Source: Syntrophorhabdaceae bacterium
GTDB taxonomy: Bacteria; Desulfobacterota; Syntrophorhabdia; Syntrophorhabdales; Syntrophorhabdaceae
Length of the DNA: 64,000 nucleotides
Direction: 5' to 3'
Assembly (NCBI GenBank): GCA_963666485.2
Contig: CAXXUO010000001.1
Location: forward strand, 1,056,001-1,120,000
A program made the position numbers and the translations under genes. The notes under the pieces are model-generated. The model searched no databases. It was not told the DNA's origin and saw nothing but the letters and a program-made list of their open reading frames with translations. This document shows, piece by piece, positions 1 to 12,024 of the stretch. The first letter of the stretch is position 1. Each line of letters starts with the position of its first letter.

Positions 1-1
1 T

Positions 2-2429
<2,428 letters not shown>

Positions 2430-2442
<13 letters not shown>

Positions 2443-3395
2443 AAACCGGTAAGGATGTCCTGAAAAAAGAGGCCGAGGCCCTGCTTGGCGTCATGGAAAA
2501 GCTCGATTCAGCGTTTAGCGAGGCAGCCGAGATCATATATCAATGCACAGGCCGGGTCGTGTTGACCGGGATGGGCAAATCGGGGCTCGTCTGCAAAAAG
2601 ATCGCATCCACCCTGTCAAGTACCGGGACCCCCGCGTTGTTCGTTCATCCTGCCGATTCGCTGCACGGCGACCTCGGGATGCTTAAGCGCAGCGACGTCC
2701 TCATCATGGTGAGCAATAGCGGGGAGACTGAAGAGGTGCTCAAGATCATTCCCTGGATCAAGAGACTTGGTATTCCCCTTATTGCGATAACGTCAGACGC
2801 CGGATCGACCATTGCGCGATTGGGAAATGTTGCCCTGACGGTGAAAGTGGAAGAGGCATGCCCCTACAATGTCGTGCCGACGTCGAGCACCACCGCTACG
2901 CTCGCGTTAGGGGATGCCCTTGCCATCTCCGTTATGGAAAAGCGTGCATTCAACGTCGAGGACTTCGCGTTCCTTCACCCGGGAGGTTCTCTCGGAAGGA
3001 AACTGTTCCTCCGGGTAGCGGATATAATGCACACAGGCAGTGCCGTCCCCCGGGTCTCGGTCACCACGTCCATGAAAGATGCCATCCTGGAGATAACATC
3101 GAAAAGGCTCGGCGTCACGGCGGTGCATGACGAAGACGGCAGCCTCGCCGGCATCATAACCGACGGTGACCTCCGCAGGGCCATCGAGCGCTACGATGAC
3201 TCCCTTCTCGGGAAAAAAGCGGGCGATATCATGACTCGCAACCCGAAGGTCATCCGCAGCGATGAGCTGGCCGCGCATGCCTTGAAAAAAATGGAGGAAT
3301 TCTCGATAACATCCCTTTTCGTCGTCGATGACGACAGTGCCCGGCCGGTCGGGATCGTTCATATTCACGACCTGCTGAAGGCAAAGGTGGTGTGA
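2430..3395 (+). CDS. kdsD: Arabinose-5-phosphate isomerase (KpsF/GutQ; SIS + 2 CBS)
   Basis: TGMGKSG, HGDLG, SNSGET, PTSSTTA and HPGGSLG motifs plus a C-terminal CBS pair; TTG start. Confidence 0.95.
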
Positions 3396-3402
3396 AAAAG
3401 AC

Positions 3403-3492
3403 GGCTATAGGGTACAGGCAATGGGCAATGGGGGAAAAACAAGCAATCGGATTTTTTCCCATCGCCCATCGCCCATCGCCCATCGCCAATGG
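3403..3492. repeat. Palindromic heptamer tandem-repeat element
   Basis: GGCAATG x2 at 3417-3430 with degenerate units upstream, and CCCATCG x4 at 3458-3485. The arms are near reverse complements around a GGGAAAAA..TTTTTCCC core. Confidence 0.85.
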
Positions 3493-3500
3493 CTTAGTTT

Positions 3501-4421
3501 ATGAACCGAAAGATCATCATATATCTCTCCTTCGGCTTTATTCTGGCAAGCCTCGTGGTCGCGCTCTACTTTTTCGTCAGTAAACCGGAAAAACAGGCTA
3601 TTCCTGTCGCAAAGGACACGAAAAAGGCGATCGTTTTCAAGGACGTGAAATATACGGGCGAGAAGCGCGGCATCGTCGACTGGGAATTGACTGCGAAGGT
3701 CGCGCGGAAATACCTGGACCGGCCACTCATCGAACTCGAGAACCTGAAAGGGATCTACAAGCCGAAGCCCGATGTCGCAATAGAGTTCACCGGGACGAAA
3801 GGTTCGATGGATACTGACAAAGAGACCGGCCGCGTCGATAATGTCGAGGTGTTTTACAAGGGCGAATATACACTGAAAAGCCCGTACATGGATTTTGATT
3901 TCAAGAATGGCCTGACAACAACAAAGGACGTTGTCGATATCAAGGGGAAGAAGATCGACATGAAAGGCGTCGGTCTTCTCGCCAACACGAACGAGGAGAC
4001 GGTCAGGATCCTCTCGGATGTGGCCGGGATCATCATGACTGAAAAGGGAAAATACGATTTCCGGTCGGACAACCTGCTCTATTATTTCCAGGTAAGCACA
4101 TATATTCTCGAAGGCAAGGTCATGATGAAGGGGGAAGACCTTGACATGGTTTGCGACATTGTCCACATATACAGCACGAACAACGAGGTCGACCGGATAG
4201 AGGCCGACGGGAATGTCCGTGTTGTAACAAAAGGCACGGTTGCGAAAAGTGAAAAGGCAGTATATCATTTTAAGGAAGGCAAAATAGTGTTCACCCAATC
4301 CCCGAGGGTCATCAAGGACAATGTGGAAATGAAAGGCGTCCGTGTGACATACACGACGAACGATGGGAAAATGTCCGTAGAGCAGCCGAAGATACACATA
4401 GAAAAGGGAAAATCGAATTGA
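3501..4421 (+). CDS. lptC: LPS export periplasmic bridge protein: LptC domain fused to LptA/OstA domain
   Basis: N-terminal TM anchor, an LptC-like segment (WELTAKVA...VRILSDV), then an LptA-like segment (RIEADGNVRV...SEKAVY...PRV...MKGVRVTY). Sits immediately upstream of lptB. Confidence 0.82.
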   Translation: MNRKIIIYLSFGFILASLVVALYFFVSKPEKQAIPVAKDTKKAIVFKDVKYTGEKRGIVDWELTAKVARKYLDRPLIELENLKGIYKPKPDVAIEFTGTKGSMDTDKETGRVDNVEVFYKGEYTLKSPYMDFDFKNGLTTTKDVVDIKGKKIDMKGVGLLANTNEETVRILSDVAGIIMTEKGKYDFRSDNLLYYFQVSTYILEGKVMMKGEDLDMVCDIVHIYSTNNEVDRIEADGNVRVVTKGTVAKSEKAVYHFKEGKIVFTQSPRVIKDNVEMKGVRVTYTTNDGKMSVEQPKIHIEKGKSN

Positions 4422-5158
4422 CGAAAGCAACTCTGGCCGCACAGGGCCTTTTGAAAACATACAATGCCAGGAGGGTCGTGGACGGGATCAGCATGTCCAT
4501 GGAACAGGGCGAAATAGTCGGGCTTTTCGGCCCGAACGGGGCCGGGAAAACGACGTCGTTCTACATGATAATCGGCTTCATCAAGCCGAACGGCGGGAAG
4601 ATCCTGCTCGATAACGAGGACATTACCGATCTGCCCATGTTCATGCGGGCGCGCAAGGGGATTACGTATCTCCCGCAGGAACCCTCGGTTTTCAAGAAGA
4701 TGACGGTGATCGACAATCTCAAGGCGATCCTCGAATTCCTCGGTGTCGAGTCGGACCTCATAAATCACCGGGCGATCGAGATCCTCGAGTCCTTCAAGCT
4801 GGAGCATCTTGCGAACAACAACGCGGATTCCCTGTCGGGAGGCGAGCGGCGGCGCCTTGAAATAGCGCGGGCGCTCATGACGTCGCCGCGCTTTATGCTG
4901 CTTGACGAGCCTTTTTCCGGGATCGACCCCATATCGGTCTCCGACCTGAAGAAGATCATCTACGGCTTGAAGCACAGGGGGATCGGGATATTATTGTCGG
5001 ACCATAACGTCCGGGAATCCCTGCCTATCTGCGACAGGGCTTACGTGGTGAATGCCGGGAAGGTGCTTCTCGAGGGCACGCCGGAAAGCGTGGCGCAGGA
5101 CAGGATCGTGCGCGAAGTGTATCTTGGTGAGGAGTTTAACATCGATGTTGGAGCTTAA
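4418..5158 (+). CDS. lptB: LPS export ABC transporter ATPase
   Basis: GPNGAGKTT, YLPQEPSVF, LSGGERRRLEIARAL, LLDEPFSGIDP and DHNVRE motifs; upstream of rpoN. Confidence 0.97.
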   Translation: MTKATLAAQGLLKTYNARRVVDGISMSMEQGEIVGLFGPNGAGKTTSFYMIIGFIKPNGGKILLDNEDITDLPMFMRARKGITYLPQEPSVFKKMTVIDNLKAILEFLGVESDLINHRAIEILESFKLEHLANNNADSLSGGERRRLEIARALMTSPRFMLLDEPFSGIDPISVSDLKKIIYGLKHRGIGILLSDHNVRESLPICDRAYVVNAGKVLLEGTPESVAQDRIVREVYLGEEFNIDVGA

Positions 5159-6509
5159 ACAGACACAAAAGCTCTCACCGGTCCTGACGCAGCAGCTGCA
5201 GCAGGCGATCAAGCTCCTGCAGCTGTCGAAGCTGGAGCTTGTCGAAGCGATAGAGCTCGAAATGAAAGAGAACCCCATCCTGGAGATCAGCGACGAAGAG
5301 GCCCGGCCCGAGCCGGAAGAGACACAGGATGATAAAAAAGAGATGCAGGAACTGCTGGACCGCTATTCCCCGTCCGAGGAATATTTTCCCGTGGAGGACA
5401 AGGAAGCGCCCGATTATGAGAATATGGTCAGAAAGACCTATAACCTCAGGGACCACCTGAGATGGCAGATCGGATTATCTGATTTCGACCCGACCGAGCG
5501 CATCGTTGCCGAGTGGATAATAGGCAATATTGATGACAACGGGTATCTCATATACAGCCTCGAGGAGATCGCCCGGGATTCGGGTTTTGCCGTCGAGGTC
5601 CTCGAGTCCGTCCTGAAAAAGGTGCAGAAACTGGAACCGGCAGGGGTCGGCGCACGTGACCTCAAGGAATGTGTCCTGATACAGTACGAGCTTTCCGGGC
5701 AGAAGGACCCCGTGTTCTATACGGTCGTTTCGAGCCATTTCGACCTTTTTCAGCACAACAACCTGAAGGGCATCGCCAAGGCCACGGGCTTTCCCATCGA
5801 AAAGATAAAGGAAGTATTTGAAAAGATAAAATCCTTTGATCCCAAGCCCGGGCGGAACTTCAGCGACGAATTCATATCCTATGTCGTTCCCGATGTATAC
5901 GTTGCCAAGGGCGAGGAAGGGTATGAGATCGTCCTGAACAACGATGACCTGCCGGAACTCAGGATGAGCCGGTATTACCTGGGGCTTGCCACGGACCGCA
6001 AGGTGAGCGGCGATACGAAACGGTACATCAAGAACAAGATGAAGCAGGCCGAATGGTTTATCAAGAGCATCAAGCAAAGGCAGGACACGCTTTTCAAGGT
6101 CGCCCAGAGCATCGTCAATTTTCAGCGCGAGTTCTTCGACAAGGGCCTGCGCTCCCTGAAACCCCTTATATTGAAAGACGTTGCGCAGGATGTCGGCGTG
6201 CACGAGTCGACCGTGAGCAGGATAACCACGAGCAAGTACATGAGCACGCCTCACGGCGTCTACGAGATGAAATTTTTCTTCCCGACCAGCATCAACACGG
6301 GGGACGGGGATTCCTTATCGACAAATGTCGTCATGGACCTGATAGCGGAGCTCGTAAAAAAAGAGGACAAGAAGAAGCCTTTGACCGATGACGAGATAGC
6401 CCATATTCTCAAATCCCGGTACGATATAAACATCGCACGCCGTACGGTCGCCAAATACAGGGAGATATTGAACATACGGTCTTCACGGGAAAGGATGGTG
6501 ATAGACTAA
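5145..6509 (+). CDS. rpoN: RNA polymerase sigma-54 factor
   Basis: QQLQQAIKLLQLS region I, HESTVSR HTH and RpoN box ARRTVAKYRE. Start moved to ATG 5145, after GAGGAG. Confidence 0.97.
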   Translation: MLELKQTQKLSPVLTQQLQQAIKLLQLSKLELVEAIELEMKENPILEISDEEARPEPEETQDDKKEMQELLDRYSPSEEYFPVEDKEAPDYENMVRKTYNLRDHLRWQIGLSDFDPTERIVAEWIIGNIDDNGYLIYSLEEIARDSGFAVEVLESVLKKVQKLEPAGVGARDLKECVLIQYELSGQKDPVFYTVVSSHFDLFQHNNLKGIAKATGFPIEKIKEVFEKIKSFDPKPGRNFSDEFISYVVPDVYVAKGEEGYEIVLNNDDLPELRMSRYYLGLATDRKVSGDTKRYIKNKMKQAEWFIKSIKQRQDTLFKVAQSIVNFQREFFDKGLRSLKPLILKDVAQDVGVHESTVSRITTSKYMSTPHGVYEMKFFFPTSINTGDGDSLSTNVVMDLIAELVKKEDKKKPLTDDEIAHILKSRYDINIARRTVAKYREILNIRSSRERMVID

Positions 6510-6590
6510 AGGAATCTCACATTTTTAAAAAAGGTCCGGTTGCACCAACGTGCTCTTTGGTAAATTACGTAATACTTTCGGGGAATTGGA

Positions 6591-6619
6591 TTGACATGAT
6601 ACGGCATATCTGTTAATGT
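6591..6619 (+). promoter_or_regulatory. Sigma70-type promoter for the hpf-PTS genes
   Basis: TTGACA (6591-6596), 17 bp spacer, TAATGT (6614-6619), with an extended TG at 6611-6612. Confidence 0.6.
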
Positions 6620-6669
6620 ATGCTCGAAGGTTGGTGCATGCCAACCTTATTTTTTATAACGGAGGCATT

Positions 6670-7194
6670 ATGGATATCACAACCAGCTTCAGGCACGTCG
6701 ACCCCAGTGAAGACATCAGGCGATATGTCGAAGACAAACTCTCACGGCTCCAGAAATACGTGGAGACACCTCTTGATATACACGTGGTCATTTCGCTCGA
6801 AAGAAGGTACCGCCAGCGTATCGATGTCATGTTCACCATTAACGGAGTGGTCATAAATGCGCATGAGGTCATGGATGATATCTATGCGGCTATAGATAAG
6901 ATACTTGATAAGCTCGAACGCAGGCTGACAAAATACCGGGACAAGGTAAAGGCATACCGCGAAAATAAATCGAAACGGGCCATCCTGACCCCGAGCGCCG
7001 AAGGGTCGGGCATTATCGTGTCGCGGACCATCGAGGCCAAGCCCATGGATCCCGAAGAGGCCGTGATGCAGCTCAAAGCGTCCGGTGACATGTTCATGGT
7101 CTTCCGCGAACGGGAAAACGACAATGTTTGCATCGTGTACAAGAGGAAGGACGGCAAGTTCAGCCTTATCGAGACAGCAGGGAAGGGACCTTGA
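6670..7194 (+). CDS. hpf: Ribosome hibernation promoting factor (long HPF/RaiA)
   Basis: DIYAAIDKILDKLERRL and C-terminal KPMDPEEAVMQL...VYKRKDG motifs; GGAGG RBS before ATG 6670. Confidence 0.92.
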   Translation: MDITTSFRHVDPSEDIRRYVEDKLSRLQKYVETPLDIHVVISLERRYRQRIDVMFTINGVVINAHEVMDDIYAAIDKILDKLERRLTKYRDKVKAYRENKSKRAILTPSAEGSGIIVSRTIEAKPMDPEEAVMQLKASGDMFMVFRERENDNVCIVYKRKDGKFSLIETAGKGP

Positions 7195-7655
7195 GGCTTG
7201 GTGAAATACTGAAAGAGTCCACGGTTATTTGTGATTTAGAAGACGGCAGCAAAAAGGAAATAGTAACAAAACTTGCATCACAGTTGAAGACCGCGGGGCT
7301 GATACATGACATCGATCCCGTGGTCAATGTCGTCATGGACCGGGAATCACTCGGGTCCACAGGCATCGGCGACGGGGTGGCGATCCCTCACGGGAAGTTC
7401 AACACCTCCGGTCAGGTCCTGTGTGTCTTTGCGCGGTCGCATAGAGGGACGGATTTCGAGGCGTCCGACGGGGAGAAGGTCCATATCTTCTTCCTGGTCC
7501 TCGCCCCGGAGGACGCGGCAAGCCTTCACCTCATGGCGCTTTCGCGGATATCGAGGATCCTTCGCGACCCGTCTTTCCGGAAGAGGCTCCTCGAGTTGCC
7601 CGATGATGCACGTTTGCTCCATCAGGCCATTATTGAAGAGGACGAAAAATATTAA
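7191..7655 (+). CDS. ptsN: PTS EIIA nitrogen-regulatory type
   Basis: RESLGSTGIGDGVAIPHGK phospho-His motif; TTG start overlaps the hpf stop; rpoN-operon context. Confidence 0.9.
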   Translation: MRLGEILKESTVICDLEDGSKKEIVTKLASQLKTAGLIHDIDPVVNVVMDRESLGSTGIGDGVAIPHGKFNTSGQVLCVFARSHRGTDFEASDGEKVHIFFLVLAPEDAASLHLMALSRISRILRDPSFRKRLLELPDDARLLHQAIIEEDEKY

Positions 7656-7722
7656 AGGACCCGTCGATTTGCCGGCCCGGCATTGTGCAAAGGCAGGCAT
7701 GGTCTCCTGACAGGAAGAACGA

Positions 7723-8664
7723 ATGAAAGGGATTCAGGTCCAGCAGCTTGTAGATGATGAACTTTATGGATTGGAACTCGAGGTCCTGGCCGGAAGCAAA
7801 GGGCTGACGCGGAAGATATACAATCCGAGGATACAGAAACTGGGGCTCGTTATCACGGGCCACATGGTCTATCTGCACCCGCACAGGGTCCAGATACTGG
7901 GAAATATCGAAATATCCTACCTGAGGTCCCTCACCGAGACGGAAAGCAAGCGCATTATACGGGAGCTGTGCCGGAACAACGTGGTATGCTTCATCGTATC
8001 ACGCAACCTGAAGGTCCCCGAGTTCTTCCTTGTGTCGGCCGAAGAAAAGGGGATACCCTTGCTCAGGACGAAGCTTGTCACGTCCATATTCATTGAAAGG
8101 ATATCGAAGCTTCTTGAAGAAAAGCTCGCACCGTCAACGACCGTCCACGGTGTATTGATGGATATCCTGGGTGTCGGCGCCCTCATCATGGGAAGGCCCG
8201 GCATCGGGAAAAGCGAGAACGCACTGGAGCTCATCATGCGGGGCCACCGCCTTGTGGTCGATGACGCGGTCCATGTCAAAAAGATCGGTGCGATCGATCT
8301 TTACGGCGAAGCGCCGGAGATGATCAAGAGCCTGCTCGAGATACGCGGGGTCGGGATCGTCGATATACGCCACCTTTTCGGGGTGTCGTCCGTGATCGAC
8401 AAGAAGAAGATAGACCTTGTCATCGAGCTCTTTGATTGGGACACGTCTGTCGAGTGCGAGCGTATCGGCCTCAAGGAGGACAAGTACCGGGTCCTCAGTG
8501 TGGACCTGCCGTTTGTAAAGATCCCGATCAGTTCCGGCAAGAACGTATCGGCGATCATCGAGCTCGCGTGCCGGAATTTTATCCTGCGCAGGCAGGGGAT
8601 AAATACCGCCGTGGAACTGGAAAAGAGAATGCAGAGATCGATGGGGGAGAGCCTGACGGAATGA
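7723..8664 (+). CDS. hprK: HPr(Ser) kinase/phosphorylase
   Basis: VHGVL, GxxGIGKSENALEL, GHRLVVDD and LEIRGVGI motifs. Confidence 0.96.
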   Translation: MKGIQVQQLVDDELYGLELEVLAGSKGLTRKIYNPRIQKLGLVITGHMVYLHPHRVQILGNIEISYLRSLTETESKRIIRELCRNNVVCFIVSRNLKVPEFFLVSAEEKGIPLLRTKLVTSIFIERISKLLEEKLAPSTTVHGVLMDILGVGALIMGRPGIGKSENALELIMRGHRLVVDDAVHVKKIGAIDLYGEAPEMIKSLLEIRGVGIVDIRHLFGVSSVIDKKKIDLVIELFDWDTSVECERIGLKEDKYRVLSVDLPFVKIPISSGKNVSAIIELACRNFILRRQGINTAVELEKRMQRSMGESLTE

Positions 8665-9512
8665 AAGACGTTCTCATAGTAAGCGGCATCTCCGGATCAG
8701 GCAAGACAACTTTCTTGCGTGCGCTCGAAGACATAGGTTTTTTTTGCGTCGATAATTTTCCGATCGTCCTCCTCTCCAAGTTCCTGGAGCTCAACCGGGA
8801 CGAGGGTGAAAAAATTAAGAGATGTGCGTTTGTCATAGACGTACGCCTGCGGGATTTTTTCGAGGCCGGCCAGGATGCCGTAAGAAAAGCGAAAGAGGAA
8901 TTCGAAGCGAAGGTGCTTTTCCTCGAGAGTACCGAAGACAGTATTGTCCGGAGGTTTCGCGAGACGCGCAGGTCGCACCCGCTCTTCAACTCCTCGAATG
9001 TCAAGGATGCGTTGGCCGAGGAAAAAAAGCTGATGACATGGCTCAGGAACATGGCGGACGAGGTTATCGACACCACGCACCTGACGCCGCACGAGCTGCG
9101 CCGGCTGGTCCTGAACAGGTACGGCGCCCAGGAACAGCGGATGAAGATAAACCTCATGTCCTTCGGGTATGCCTTCGGGCTTCCTCTGGAGGCGGACATC
9201 GTCCTCGACGTGAGGTTCCTTCCCAACCCTTTCTTTGTCGAGGAACTTCGGGACAAAACGGGGCTCGACAGGGAGGTGACCGAATACATTAAGTCTCAGG
9301 AAGTATTCAAGAAATATTTCCTTTTTCTTTCAGATTTTTTGGTGTACCTTATTCCTTTGTTTGAGAAGGAAGGCAAAAGTTATCTGACCGTTTGTTTCGG
9401 TTGTACGGGCGGAAAACACCGGTCGGTATTTATTGCCGGCGAGATAGGCGAACAACTCAATGCCATGGGTTACAGTGTATCCACCGTTCACAGGGATATA
9501 GAAAAGAGGTAG
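8661..9512 (+). CDS. rapZ: RNase adapter RapZ (P-loop NTPase)
   Basis: SGISGSGKT, ETRRSHPL, DVRFLPNPF and GCTGGKHRSV motifs; ATGA overlap with hprK. Confidence 0.95.
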   Translation: MKDVLIVSGISGSGKTTFLRALEDIGFFCVDNFPIVLLSKFLELNRDEGEKIKRCAFVIDVRLRDFFEAGQDAVRKAKEEFEAKVLFLESTEDSIVRRFRETRRSHPLFNSSNVKDALAEEKKLMTWLRNMADEVIDTTHLTPHELRRLVLNRYGAQEQRMKINLMSFGYAFGLPLEADIVLDVRFLPNPFFVEELRDKTGLDREVTEYIKSQEVFKKYFLFLSDFLVYLIPLFEKEGKSYLTVCFGCTGGKHRSVFIAGEIGEQLNAMGYSVSTVHRDIEKR

Positions 9513-9522
9513 GGAGGCTTTT

Positions 9523-9933
9523 ATGACCGGTCTCGTCGTGGTGGCGCACTTTAATCTCGGCCGGGAAATGGTTGCGGCAACGGAATTGATCATGGGCAAA
9601 CAGGAACAATTCGTTGCGGTCGACATTTTTCCGGACGACCAGGTGGAAAAAATTAAAGAAAAGGTCGTGGCAGCCATAAAAAATACAAACACGGGGGACG
9701 GCGTTATCATACTGACCGACATGTTCGGCGGCACCCCCTCGAACATCAGCCTGTCGTTCCTGGAGGAAGACAAGGTTGAGGTGGTCGCGGGCGTTAACCT
9801 TCCCATGCTCATCAAGCTGGTCTCGTACCGCGAGGGAAGAACGCTCGATGAGCTGGCGGATTTTATAACGCAGTACGGGCAGAGGAACATATACCGTGCA
9901 ACGGATGTCCTGAAAGCAAGGAAGAAGGATTAG
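9523..9933 (+). CDS. PTS EIIA mannose/fructose-family component
   Basis: VVAH, LTDMFGGTPSN and GVNLPML motifs. Confidence 0.92.
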   Translation: MTGLVVVAHFNLGREMVAATELIMGKQEQFVAVDIFPDDQVEKIKEKVVAAIKNTNTGDGVIILTDMFGGTPSNISLSFLEEDKVEVVAGVNLPMLIKLVSYREGRTLDELADFITQYGQRNIYRATDVLKARKKD

Positions 9934-9938
9934 GGAGA

Positions 9939-10205
9939 ATGCTCGAAGGCATATTTACTGTCAGGAACAGGCTTGGCCTCCACGCGCGGGCAGCGGCCTT
10001 ATTCGTAAAGCTGGCTGCGAAATTCCAGTCGAATGTGCTCATGGAAAAGGACGGCATGCAGGTAAACGGGAAGAGCATCATGGGGCTCCTGATGCTGGCC
10101 TGTCCGCTAGGAAGCAAGATCGTGCTCAGGGTTGAGGGAGAGGACGAAGAGAAGGCCTACGATGAACTGGGAGGCCTCATCAACAACGGATTCAACGAGG
10201 AATGA
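9939..10205 (+). CDS. ptsH: Phosphocarrier protein HPr
   Basis: GLHARAA (His15) and GKSIMGL (Ser46) motifs. Confidence 0.95.
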   Translation: MLEGIFTVRNRLGLHARAAALFVKLAAKFQSNVLMEKDGMQVNGKSIMGLLMLACPLGSKIVLRVEGEDEEKAYDELGGLINNGFNEE

Positions 10206-11986
10206 AAGAAGAACTTTTTATAAACAGGACACTCAAAGGGACAGGAGTTTCGTCCGGTATAACTATCGGGAAAGTGCGGCTTATCGACCGGGGCAAGGTT
10301 TCGATACCCAAGCGTTCGATAACGGAACGCCACGTAGAACGCGAGATCACGAGAATAAAAACGGCCATCGAGGAGGCTATAGACCAGTTAAGCCAGATCA
10401 GGGATGCCATTCCGGACGAAGACGTTAAAAAACACGCCTTCATTCTGGATGCGCACATACTGATCCTCCAGGATGAGTTTTTCTTCAATTCGATCATCGA
10501 CGTGATCCGATCGGAGTTGATAAATGCCGAGTGGGCCCTCGAGGTTGTCGTTTTCCGTTTTCTCGCCAGCTTTGACAAAGTAGAGGACCCGTACCTCAGG
10601 GAGCGCGGCCAGGATATAAAATATATCTATGAAAGGCTCGCGAGGATCCTTTCCCCTGAAAAGAAATCGCCCATAGAGAGGGCTGCGGTCAAGGGCAGGT
10701 CCATTATTATAGCCCACGACCTGTCCCCCGCCGACACGATCCAGCTTAATCTTAACAACATATCCGGTTTCGCGACCGATGTCGGGGGCAGGACGTCTCA
10801 TACGTCCATTGTTGCACGGGCGCTCGAAATACCCGCCGTTGTCGGCGTCGGCAACGTGAGCAGTCTCGTAAAGAACAACGATCTCGTGATCATAGACGGC
10901 GACGAGGGCCTCGTCATTGTAAACCCTGCCAAAGAGGTCCAGAAGGAATATCTCGCCAAGCAGGTACATCTGCGCAACCTCAAAAAAGAACACCTGCGCC
11001 TCGCCCGGTTAAAGGCCGAGACGCGGGACGGGTTCAAGATGCGGGTCGGCGCGAATATCGAGCTTCTCGCCGAGATGGACATTGTCGGAAAATACGGGGC
11101 GAGCGGTATCGGGCTTTACCGGACGGAGTATATATACCTGTCCAAGAGAAATGATCTTCCGACCGAGATGGACCACTACCACATCTACCGGAAGCTCGCC
11201 GAGAAAAGCTCCCTCGACTATATAACGATCAGGACCCTCGATATCGGCGGGGACAAGTTCGTTTCCGAGATCGAGATGCCCAAGGAGATCAACCCGGCGA
11301 TGGGCCTGAGGGCCATAAGGCTGTGCATTAAAGAGGTCCCCCTTTTCAAGGCCCAGCTCAAGGGGATCCTGCGTGCAAGCGTGTTCGGGCCTTTGCGTAT
11401 TCTCATCCCCATGGTCTCCGGCATCGAAGAAGTGCGTAAGACCAAGGCGATCATTAAAGAATGCATGGAGGAATTGTCGCGCAAGCGCATATCCTATAAC
11501 AAGGACATCAAAACGGGCATCATGATAGAGGTCCCCTCGGCGTGCATGATAAGCGACATGCTCGCTGCGGAGGTCGATTTCTTCAGCATAGGGACAAACG
11601 ACCTCATCCAGTACGCCCTCGCGATAGACCGGGTCAACGAATATGTTTCGTATCTCTACGAGCCGCTCCATCCGGCCGTTCTCAAGATGATAAAGAAGAC
11701 GGTCGATGATGCCCATGCGGCCAAGATAACGATCGCCCTGTGCGGGGAGATGGCAGGGGAGCCGCGCTACATACCGGTGTTGCTCGGCCTCGGCCTTGAC
11801 GAGATAAGCATGAACCCGTATGCGATACCGCGCGCGAAAAAGACGATACGCGGCCTTGATCACGGGTATTGCCGGGAGCTGCTTGCCGAGATAATGAAAA
11901 AAGACTCGCCTGCTGAAGCCGAGCTGCTGTTGAAAAACGAAATGATGAAATTGTTTCCCGGGGATTATCCCAAGCCCCAGGAATAA
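10202..11986 (+). CDS. ptsI: PEP-protein phosphotransferase (PTS enzyme I)
   Basis: GGRTSHTSIVAR, GIGLYRTE, RTLDIGGDK, FFSIGTNDLIQY and CGEMAG motifs; no N-terminal GAF domain. Confidence 0.96.
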   Translation: MKEELFINRTLKGTGVSSGITIGKVRLIDRGKVSIPKRSITERHVEREITRIKTAIEEAIDQLSQIRDAIPDEDVKKHAFILDAHILILQDEFFFNSIIDVIRSELINAEWALEVVVFRFLASFDKVEDPYLRERGQDIKYIYERLARILSPEKKSPIERAAVKGRSIIIAHDLSPADTIQLNLNNISGFATDVGGRTSHTSIVARALEIPAVVGVGNVSSLVKNNDLVIIDGDEGLVIVNPAKEVQKEYLAKQVHLRNLKKEHLRLARLKAETRDGFKMRVGANIELLAEMDIVGKYGASGIGLYRTEYIYLSKRNDLPTEMDHYHIYRKLAEKSSLDYITIRTLDIGGDKFVSEIEMPKEINPAMGLRAIRLCIKEVPLFKAQLKGILRASVFGPLRILIPMVSGIEEVRKTKAIIKECMEELSRKRISYNKDIKTGIMIEVPSACMISDMLAAEVDFFSIGTNDLIQYALAIDRVNEYVSYLYEPLHPAVLKMIKKTVDDAHAAKITIALCGEMAGEPRYIPVLLGLGLDEISMNPYAIPRAKKTIRGLDHGYCRELLAEIMKKDSPAEAELLLKNEMMKLFPGDYPKPQE

Positions 11987-12024
11987 AACTGTACAATCCA
12001 ATTTGCGGTTAAGGAGGAGATACA

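Noticed and set aside
3250..3583. ORFs 3392-3583 (+) and 3250-3489 (-) with AHRPSPIA / MGDGRWAMG repeats
   Set aside because: They are translations of the heptamer repeat and overlap real genes.
6627..6648. AAGGTTGG-TGCATG-CCAACCTT palindrome as a sigma54 promoter
   Set aside because: There is no GC at the -12 position on either strand. It is probably a 5' UTR hairpin of hpf.
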